This document shows, one piece after another, positions 1 to 7,153 of a stretch of DNA of 64,000 nt. The DNA is from an uncultured Acidimicrobiia bacterium (GTDB taxonomy: Bacteria; Acidobacteriota; Terriglobia; Versatilivoradales; Versatilivoraceae). Each line of letters begins with the position of its first letter. Position 1 is the stretch's first letter. The DNA lies in the NCBI GenBank assembly GCA_963786955.1, contig CAWBAT010000008.1, forward strand, positions 570,783 to 634,782. Reading direction: 5' to 3'. A model generated the notes under the pieces. The model was not told where the DNA came from, searched no databases, and worked only from the letters and a program-made list of their open reading frames with translations. Both the position numbers and the translations under genes were made by a program.

Positions 1-1162
1 TATCCGGGCAATGCTGAATGTCTATGACGAGGGCGGCTGGATTTCGAAGTGGGCGAACCCGGCGGAAACCAACGTGATGATTGGTACGCATGGCGATTCG
101 GTAATTGCAGACGCCTACATCAAGGGAATTCGGGATTATGATGTCCATAAGGCCTACGCGGCAATCCGGAAGAATGCGACGGAGAAGGGGACCGGGATAT
201 TCGACGCCCGTACCGGCATTGAAGATTATCTGAGGCTCGGCTATGTTCCTGCGGACAAAGTGAAAGAATCCGCGGCTTCAACGCTGGAGTATGCATACGA
301 CGATTATTGTGTTGCACAGATGGCGCGAGCCCTCGGAAAGCAAGATGACTATGCTACTTTCCTCCAGCACTCAAAAAACTACCGCAATCTTTTTGACGCT
401 TCAACCGGCTTCATGCGAGGTCGCAACAGCGACGGCAAATGGGTGGAGCCTTTCGATCCGTTGGCATGGGGCGGCGTTTACACCGAGGGCAATGCCTGGC
501 AGTGGCTCTGGTCGGTACAGCAGGACATTCCTGGGTTGATCCAGCTCCTCGGGGGCAGAGACGGCTTTATCCAGAAACTGGATACTCTCTTCAGTACGAC
601 CAATGAGTTCAAGGTAGGGGGGTATGGTCAGGTTATTCACGAAATGACCGAAGCGAAAATGCAGAACATGGGGCAGTATGCGCACATCAATGAGCCCGTG
701 CATCATGTGATCTATTTATACGACTACGTCGGCCAGCCCTGGAAAACGCAGAAGTGGGCACACGAGGTAATGGACAAGCTCTACAAGCCAGGACCGGACG
801 GCTGGCTGGGTGATGAGGACAACGGTCAAACCTCTTCCTGGTACATCTTCAGCGCTCTGGGATTGTATCCCGTGACGCCTGGACAACCGGTCTATGCGCT
901 CGGCAGCCCGCTCTTCGATCGCGCTACTCTTCATCTGGAGAATGGGAAGACGTTTACCGTAGAGGCAGCCAAAGACAGCCCCACAGACATTTATGTTCAG
1001 TCTGTAAGCCTCAACGGGCAAGCCTTGGATAGACCTTGGATCACACACTTCGAGATCATGAATGGAGGAGTCTTACGCTTCCGCTTGGGACCGTTACCCA
1101 ACAAGTCTTGGGGGGTATCAGGAATGCCTTCTCCGGACCAGCCATTTACGCCACATGGGTAG
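1..1162 (+). CDS. GH92 alpha-1,2-mannosidase, C-terminal part (5' end outside window)
   Basis: Motifs MIGTHGDSVIADAY, TLEYAYDD, YTEGNAWQW, GQYAHINEP and GDEDNGQTSSWY are typical of GH92; the frame is open from the window edge. Confidence 0.9.
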   Translation, partial: IRAMLNVYDEGGWISKWANPAETNVMIGTHGDSVIADAYIKGIRDYDVHKAYAAIRKNATEKGTGIFDARTGIEDYLRLGYVPADKVKESAASTLEYAYDDYCVAQMARALGKQDDYATFLQHSKNYRNLFDASTGFMRGRNSDGKWVEPFDPLAWGGVYTEGNAWQWLWSVQQDIPGLIQLLGGRDGFIQKLDTLFSTTNEFKVGGYGQVIHEMTEAKMQNMGQYAHINEPVHHVIYLYDYVGQPWKTQKWAHEVMDKLYKPGPDGWLGDEDNGQTSSWYIFSALGLYPVTPGQPVYALGSPLFDRATLHLENGKTFTVEAAKDSPTDIYVQSVSLNGQALDRPWITHFEIMNGGVLRFRLGPLPNKSWGVSGMPSPDQPFTPHG

Positions 1163-1569
1163 GAAGTAAAGAGCCCGAACGACTTGAACTGCCATAGCTT
1201 ACACTCGTCAATCTTCTCCCGCAAATTACCATTGCTTATCCTGTCTGTGGCGAATTGATACGGTGATCAATTCTGCTGCTCACAACCTTACGAAAGGGTG
1301 GGAATGGCCGCATTGCAGGCCGTCGGAACTGCTAAAAAATAAAGAGGACACACGAGCAGGGAATCGGGTGTATAGTGTGATGCACATGGGTTGAGAAAAT
1401 TGAAATACTGGTTGCTACGGCGCGGAGTCGCTATTGATCTCCAGGATGAGTTGCATCAACTTGTTGAGATCAATATCGATTCGCCATTTTTGAACCAGTC
1501 TTTCATCCGCTCAAGGAAGCCTTATCCGCCAATTTTGGCGAAAGAACAACTTAAACTCAATTACGGAGG

Positions 1570-2360
1570 ATGAAAATCATGAAAAGGAAATCGGGCAGGG
1601 TTCTCACAGGGCTGTGCGCACTCGCGCTGGCCGCCTTCTGGGCTGCGCCGGCGTGCGGGCAAATGGCAGAGGTAAAGGAAAAACCACCAATGTACTCGTA
1701 TGTCGGCTATTGGAATATTCCCCGTTCGCAGTGGGCGGAGATTGAAAAGTCAAACGCTGCCAACAAGAATATCCTGGATAAGGCCATCGCCAACGGGACC
1801 CTTGTGGGATATGGCTTCGATATGAATTTAGTTCACCAGATCGACGGTTCGACTCACGACGATTGGTGGTCGGCAATGTCCATGGCCGGCGTACTCAACG
1901 TGCTGGACCAGTTCTACAAGTCCGGTAGTCCCACTTCTCCTGTTCTTGCCAGTGCCACGAAACACATGGACTGCATTTTCGTCAGCCGGTATTACAACTG
2001 GCATTCTGGATCCTGGAAAGATTTATACACGCACGGAGCGTCTTTTAAAATAAAGCCGAATGCGCCAGATAACGCGCTGGATGTGCTCAGCAAGAACCTG
2101 TTCGTACCGATGATGGAGAAACTGCTTGCCGACGGCACGATTCACGAGTACGAAATCGACACAGAAGCGATCCACACTGAAGCGCCTGGCTCGTTTTGGC
2201 TTTTTTACCTGGCTGCGAACGCGGAAGGCTTAGACAAGGTTGCTGCGGCCATCCAGGGTGCCATGAAGACAAATCCACTGAGCGGCCCGGCATTTGATAC
2301 CTTAGTAGACTTTACGGCGCATCGCGATATTCTGGCTCGCACAACGCCACATACAAATAA
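1570..2360 (+). CDS. Secreted hypothetical protein with two-lobed internal similarity; probable 1-bp indel near 3' end
   Basis: GGAGG RBS upstream; signal peptide ending APACG-Q. Restoring one A near 2343 gives a natural end ARTNATYK-TAA at 2360, whereas the ORF track runs to 2406. Confidence 0.7.
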
Positions 2361-2830
2361 ATCCCTAGGCTGTCTTCCCTCTCTGCGGGCGACCCGAGCA
2401 TTGTAGGGCCGCGCGCAGACTGCTCTGTGCTTTCCGGCATGGAGGAGCAAGACTCCGCAAAAAACCGTAATAGCTAAATCATCGAATTTCACGCGCCCGT
2501 GTGGAACTCTGCTCCACGCTAACCCGGGTTTCTCACCACCGGGGGAAAACAGACACAGTAGAGTAGCGAAACCATTCGAATTCAGAGCTCCTCGGTAACG
2601 GGGGGGCACGCTGCGGCGAGCGTTTCCTACAAACAGTTCAACAATTTCTTATCCCCCCTTTTTCCCCCTTTACAATGTCACTCTGAACTTCACTTGATTT
2701 CCAGGTAGCTTGCTCCCGTCTAGCCCTCTTCTTCCGCCGAGAACTTCCTGCACAATCTCGCAAAGATGATGCGGCGCAATTATTACAGCTCGTCAGGGCA
2801 AGAAAAGGGAACCCAAGAGATGTCGTCCTG

Positions 2831-2859
2831 TTGACAGCGACGCGGAGAAGGCAAATAAT
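2831..2859 (+). promoter_or_regulatory. Sigma70-type promoter
   Basis: TTGACA-N17-AATAAT about 40 bp upstream of the CDS at 2898. Confidence 0.55.
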
Positions 2860-2897
2860 AAAGCATAGTAAGACAATTAAGATAGATCAAGCGGGAG

Positions 2898-3392
2898 GTG
2901 TCTATGTTCTCCGGCAAATTGGTTGATACTATTGTCAAGCATTCCGACGACATCATGCGGCTCGTCATCAAGCGTATCAGGGAGGATCCTGACCTGAAGT
3001 ACATCGGCTCTCTCTCTGATGCGGAACTCCTGGAGCGGGGGCACCATATCCTGGAAAGGATGGAGATGTGGCTGAATCCGGCTAAACGAAAAGTGCTGGA
3101 GAGGGATTACGAGGAACTGGGAAGACGGCGCTTCGAACAGTCGGTTCCTTTACACGAATCGGTGCGGGCATTGCTTCTGATCAGAAGTCAGGCCATCGAA
3201 TACGTCTTCCAGCAGGGTTTTGACCAGAGTTCATTGGAAATCCATGCTGAGCGTGAATTGGAACACTGGCTGGCCAATTTTTTCGATTTCCTGGTCTACC
3301 ATCTGGTCAAAGGCTACGAAGCCGCACTTCGTGAGTTGCCGTCGGTTCCTTCAACACCCCATCACGAACCTTATCCTTTCTGGGTGCCGTAA
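2898..3392 (+). CDS. Hypothetical helical protein, RsbR/RsbRD N-terminal-like
   Basis: GGAGG RBS and promoter upstream; pattern YEELGRRRFEQSVPLHE...FFDFLVYHLVKGYE resembles RsbRD_N-like helical bundles. Confidence 0.6.
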   Translation: MSMFSGKLVDTIVKHSDDIMRLVIKRIREDPDLKYIGSLSDAELLERGHHILERMEMWLNPAKRKVLERDYEELGRRRFEQSVPLHESVRALLLIRSQAIEYVFQQGFDQSSLEIHAERELEHWLANFFDFLVYHLVKGYEAALRELPSVPSTPHHEPYPFWVP

Positions 3393-3472
3393 GTCAGGAC
3401 TGCGATATCAGAAATTTGATGATGTATCGCAAGAAGCGGCGCCGCGTGAGGTTGGGGCATTGAGAAAGCCCC

Positions 3473-3912
3473 CTGGAGTTTGGACGTTTTGGAGTGCAGT
3501 AGCTTGCTACCGCTTTCTGGATCACAGCACGCGTAGCGCAGACGCGAAGTCCCCCTTCGAAGGGGGTGCCGCTTTGCGGCGGGGGATGTAAAGGGTAAGT
3601 GGCATTGAATATTGCAGGTCTCATACTGCAGCTTTTAAAGCCGCAGAGGCAGAAAGCACCTCTGCGCTACGACCTCTACTGCACCCAATCTATTCTGACC
3701 ATGAATTCCCTAGCCAGTTTCTGTCGCGAAGTTCGGCAATAACGTTCCCCTCCTTGGTTAAGGAGGGGCAGCCGCAGCTACAGGCAACGGCGGGGTGGTT
3801 CGAACAATCCTGGAAAGGCCAAGCAATTATCGGTATTGCGAGAACGCGCAGCGCGCCTGCCGCACGGCGCGCCACAACCCCTCCTCAGCCGAGGAGGGGA
3901 GTATTCATGCAA
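3473..3912. repeat. Composite REP/MITE cluster
   Basis: CTGGAGTTTGGAC end motif; GTAGCGCAGAC...CCTCTGCGCTAC doublet at 3533-3670, nearly identical to 15318-15454; CCCCTCCTTGGTTAAGGAGGGG and CCCCTCCTCAGCCGAGGAGGGG hairpins. Confidence 0.85.
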
Positions 3913-3968
3913 CCCTGCAGTTTCGCGACAAAAGCTAGTTACAGGGATTCAATTTCTCTATTTGATAG

Positions 3969-3998
3969 TTAAGTGTCGGATTCCCCATTTGTGTGACA
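3969..3998 (-). promoter_or_regulatory. Orphan copy of putative ECF promoter TGTCAC-N18-ACTTAA
   Basis: Minus strand reads TGTCAC ACAAATGGGGAATCCGAC ACTTAA; flanks align with 5516-5577. Confidence 0.6.
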
Positions 3999-4117
3999 GC
4001 GCGGGGGAGATTAGTTCTTGGTAGACTGCTGCGTTGTCCGTTTCCAGAATTCGCAACTGAGCAGCGTTCTCCGCACTGGCTCCTAACTCACAATTCTCAT
4101 CACGAATTGGATTTCCT

Positions 4118-4360
4118 GGGAGCGCGGGCGTCCCGCCCGCAGTGGCGCCCTTTTAGGCCGCTTGGGGGCAGGTGAGGACGCCTGCACTACAAGTTCGTAG
4201 TACCGCCTTCAGGCGGTGATGTTCCGGACCGGCTAAAGCCGGGACTACAAACGTGCACAAATGTCCAAACTCCAAGCGCAGGCTTCCAGCCTGCGTCTTG
4301 CCGCATTTAACCCGACCTGCTACGAGCAACGGGAAGGGACAGAGCCGGCAAGATGCCGGC
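4118..4360. repeat. REP cluster (GGGAGCGCGGGCGTCCCGCCCG; GACGCCTGCACTAC; CCGGCTAAAGCCGGGACTAC; TGTCCAAACTCCA end)
   Basis: Several short palindromes; related copies at 19500-19620, 22390-22488 and 48800-48862. Confidence 0.8.
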
Positions 4361-4429
4361 GTTCTCAGGGGATGCCAGTCGTTGATTGTGCCGGGACTAT
4401 GCTGCGGGTTTTTAGAGAATTGATTGAGG

Positions 4430-4455
4430 AGAAGGGGGCTGTGAAGCCCCCTTCT
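4430..4455 (-). terminator. Hairpin downstream of the 4526-5326 gene (probable terminator)
   Basis: AGAAGGGGGCT-GTGA-AGCCCCCTTCT is a perfect 11-bp stem; the U-tract is weak. Confidence 0.5.
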
Positions 4456-4525
4456 GCCGATGTGATAGGCGATTTCGATTTAAGTCGTGTGTCCCGGAAT
4501 TACGGCGCTCGCAGCGGGTTAACCC

Positions 4526-5326
4526 TTACGGCTTGGTGACCGTAATCTTGAACGGCATCTTGTATTTGCCATATACGTAGGTCGTGCCGCCATTTGGAGT
4601 GTTGAGGAGATCGGCCCACTCGCCGTTGCCAAGTGAATAATCAAAATCTCCACTCGGCGTCGTATAGTCGGAGAAAATGTAGGCTTGGTCGTCGGGTTCG
4701 AGTATCCACGTGTTCGCGTTGGGGTGATAAACCTTTATGAGAGCAGTGTCGTTCGCGAGTTGGCTCGATCCATCTACAGGTGAGTTCTGGAATCGGAGGC
4801 CATAGCTCCCAGCCAATCCAAAGCCGACATTCCTTCTGGCGAAGTACCCCCCACCATCCGAACTGCAAGGGGCGTAATTATCTTGTCGGTTACCATCTGA
4901 ATTTAGCGCCACAATTTTGCCGTCTGTGCTCCTCACCACGCCTCCATTGCACCAGTTGGTATAAGCTGTACCTCCATCCGTAACGGGCACGCTGGCAATC
5001 CGATCGAAGTTGAAATCCCAGGCAGTCGTAGTCCCTATCGGAAGACCGATGACGTTGATTTTGCGATTCGAGGCACCAGTACCCAGGTTCATCACAAGGT
5101 CGTAGGTACAGTTGCTAACCTGGAACGCAAGACTGGTTTTGCTAGTATTAACGTATGGGCCTTTCCCGTCAGAGAGGATGCTGTTGCCAGCGGAACCATC
5201 GATGGTAACCGTTAGGCTCGTAACGTCCCCACCGGGGCAGGAAACCGGCTTCCCGGCTTTGGCGGAAACAGCGGGGATCAAAGTGAAGGCAGCAAGACTT
5301 ACGGCAAGAAGCAAACTTTTTCTCAT
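4526..5326 (-). CDS. Secreted beta-rich protein of unknown function
   Basis: AAGGAG RBS; signal peptide MRKSLLLAVSLAAFTLIPAVSA; rich in Gly/Asn/Thr with 4 Cys; divergent from the ECF sigma. Confidence 0.85.
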   Translation of the reverse strand: MRKSLLLAVSLAAFTLIPAVSAKAGKPVSCPGGDVTSLTVTIDGSAGNSILSDGKGPYVNTSKTSLAFQVSNCTYDLVMNLGTGASNRKINVIGLPIGTTTAWDFNFDRIASVPVTDGGTAYTNWCNGGVVRSTDGKIVALNSDGNRQDNYAPCSSDGGGYFARRNVGFGLAGSYGLRFQNSPVDGSSQLANDTALIKVYHPNANTWILEPDDQAYIFSDYTTPSGDFDYSLGNGEWADLLNTPNGGTTYVYGKYKMPFKITVTKP

Positions 5327-5523
5327 GGTGGTTCTCCTTAAATGGAATTCAAAAGTGAAGGATAGATTCTGAGCTTCGGTTCTTACTTTATTGAGAACGG
5401 TTTCGTATCACCCCAATTTCTCCTTTCCCCAAGTGATTGGTTTCATAGCTCACTGAGCAAAGACATGTGCTAACATTAATTAAAAGCTTACAGGTACGAC
5501 GCTGATTTCCCTGTGTATGATAG

Positions 5524-5553
5524 TTAAGTAACCGATCCCCCGTTTTTGTGACA
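5524..5553 (-). promoter_or_regulatory. Putative ECF promoter driving the secreted gene
   Basis: Minus strand reads TGTCAC AAAAACGGGGGATCGGTT ACTTAA (18-bp spacer). Confidence 0.65.
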
Positions 5554-5575
5554 GCGCGGAGAAGAATATTTTCTT

Positions 5576-6121
5576 GTGACATCAGAAAAGACGGCCGTCG
5601 GACACCTCAATGAAGACCAGTTGGTCGAGACTTATCGTCCAAGAGTTCTATACTTTGCATTGCGTCGATTGCGAGATCGTGGCTTAGCTGAGGACGTAGC
5701 CCAGGAAACTGTCGCGGTGGCCGTAATGGCGTTGCGGGAAAATCGGCTTCGCGAACCTGAGAAATTACCGGCCTTTGTGTTCGCGACGGCTAGACATCTG
5801 GTTCGCAATGCCCAGCGGGACCAGGCTCGCGAGTTGGCCCACACGACGGATTCAAACTCCATAGGCTCAGAAAGCTGGAAGCGAGACCCGGATGTGGCAC
5901 TCATCCTGGAAGAGCAAAGAGTTCAGGTGCGTCAGGCTCTCGATCAGCTCAGCCCCGGTGATCGGGAACTACTGCGACAAATCTATGTCGAGGGTGAAAC
6001 TTTGGAGGCGATTGCTGAAAATCTCGGCGTCGAAAACGCCGCCGTCCGCCAGCGCAAGTCCCGCGCGCTCGAGCGGCTTCGACAAATTTTCACGGGGCTG
6101 TCACAAAAAACGGATATATGA
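5576..6121 (+). CDS. ECF (sigma-70 group 4) RNA polymerase sigma factor
   Basis: Region 2 AEDVAQET...PEKLPAFVFATARH; region 4 ALDQLSPGDRELLRQIY...IAENLG...VRQRKSRALERLR. Confidence 0.92.
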   Translation: MTSEKTAVGHLNEDQLVETYRPRVLYFALRRLRDRGLAEDVAQETVAVAVMALRENRLREPEKLPAFVFATARHLVRNAQRDQARELAHTTDSNSIGSESWKRDPDVALILEEQRVQVRQALDQLSPGDRELLRQIYVEGETLEAIAENLGVENAAVRQRKSRALERLRQIFTGLSQKTDI

Positions 6122-6128
6122 CACTTAA
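6099..6128 (+). promoter_or_regulatory. Putative internal ECF promoter for the anti-sigma/CHAT genes
   Basis: TGTCAC AAAAAACGGATATATGAC ACTTAA overlaps the sigma stop codon. Confidence 0.65.
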
Positions 6129-6153
6129 GGGTAAAGGGTCAGAGGGCATTAAC

Positions 6154-6933
6154 GTGGATTGCCGTCAGATCGAAGAAAAGCAAATGATCGAACGCTACCT
6201 GGATGGGACACTTCCAGAGACAGAAGTCGAGGCTTTTGAAGAGCACTATTTTGGATGTCAGCACTGCTTTTCTGAGCTTCAGCTTCGACATGCCGCAGCC
6301 ATAGAACTGGCAAGTCAGCCTGCGCCAAAGGCTTCGAGGCCTGTCTCCAGGACCAGAACTTTCTATTCTTGGGCATTGGCTGCGGCCGCTGTTCTGGTAT
6401 TTGCGGTGACGAGTGTTTGGATTGCCAGACAGCGAAGTCCAGTTGATTCAACACCGTCCACTGCGGTTTTGCAGAATGCAGAACAAAAGCTCTTCGAAGA
6501 ATTAACCAGGATTGAAGAGACCCCCTCCTACCTTCAAGCAACAATCCGAGGGGGCACCGAAGGACCGGCACAAGAGAAATTCCGGCAAGGAATGCAATTG
6601 TATCAGCAGGGAAAGTACGCGGAAGCTGTTCCGTACCTCCGCTCCGCCGTGGAATCAGATCCGGAGCTTTTTCCAAGAAAATTTTACCTGGGAATTTGTT
6701 TATTAATGACTAACCAAAATGACGAAGCCATCCAGGCTCTTCTGAGCCTGGTGAAGTCCACTTCCAACCCTTACCTCGAAGAATCCCATTGGTACTTGGC
6801 CAAAGCTTACTTTAGGAAGAAAGATATCAAGGCTGGCAAGGAGCATTTGGAGGCGGTGGCCGGTTTGAATGGCTCTCATGCCCCAGAGGCCCGCAATCTC
6901 TTGGACCGGCTGAGAGAAACTGGAAACGAATAG
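6154..6933 (+). CDS. Zinc-binding anti-sigma factor (zf-HC2) with TM helix and C-terminal TPR domain
   Basis: HYFGCQHC matches HxxxCxxC; TM WALAAAAVLVFAVTSVWIA; TPR-like helices. GTG 6154 (MDCRQ, with AGAGGG RBS) is preferred over ATG 6118, which lies inside the promoter motif. Confidence 0.88.
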   Translation: MDCRQIEEKQMIERYLDGTLPETEVEAFEEHYFGCQHCFSELQLRHAAAIELASQPAPKASRPVSRTRTFYSWALAAAAVLVFAVTSVWIARQRSPVDSTPSTAVLQNAEQKLFEELTRIEETPSYLQATIRGGTEGPAQEKFRQGMQLYQQGKYAEAVPYLRSAVESDPELFPRKFYLGICLLMTNQNDEAIQALLSLVKSTSNPYLEESHWYLAKAYFRKKDIKAGKEHLEAVAGLNGSHAPEARNLLDRLRETGNE

Positions 6934-6950
6934 GATTATCCTGCGGATTC

Positions 6951-7057
6951 AGGTGGAACGCGCGCTCCGCCGCGCGTTCACTGAGCGTCCGCGGGGGGAC
7001 AGCGGTCCCACGCGCCTGCTCCACCCTACGACGCTCACACAACTTCGGAATCCGGGA
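6951..7057. repeat. REP-like doublet (AGGTGGAACGCGCG family)
   Basis: Related inverted copy at 25358-25465 sharing GGGGACAGCGGTCCCACGCG and CAACTTCGGAAT. Confidence 0.7.
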
Positions 7058-7153
7058 ATATAGCTTACAGCGCGGGTTATGAGCCGGACATCCCCCCGTG
7101 AAGTCTTCTCAAGACTTCACCCTGCGGCGCTTGCCCCCCTTCAAAGGGGGAAT

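Noticed and set aside
2676-2705. Additional TGTCAC sites (also near 19751, 28192, 28402, 39219)
   Set aside because: No ACTTAA at 18-bp spacing, so they were not counted as ECF promoter copies.
7079-7153. ORF-track N-terminal extension of the CHAT gene
   Set aside because: It runs through a REP-type hairpin (CCCCCTTCAAAGGGGG); the real start is probably downstream.
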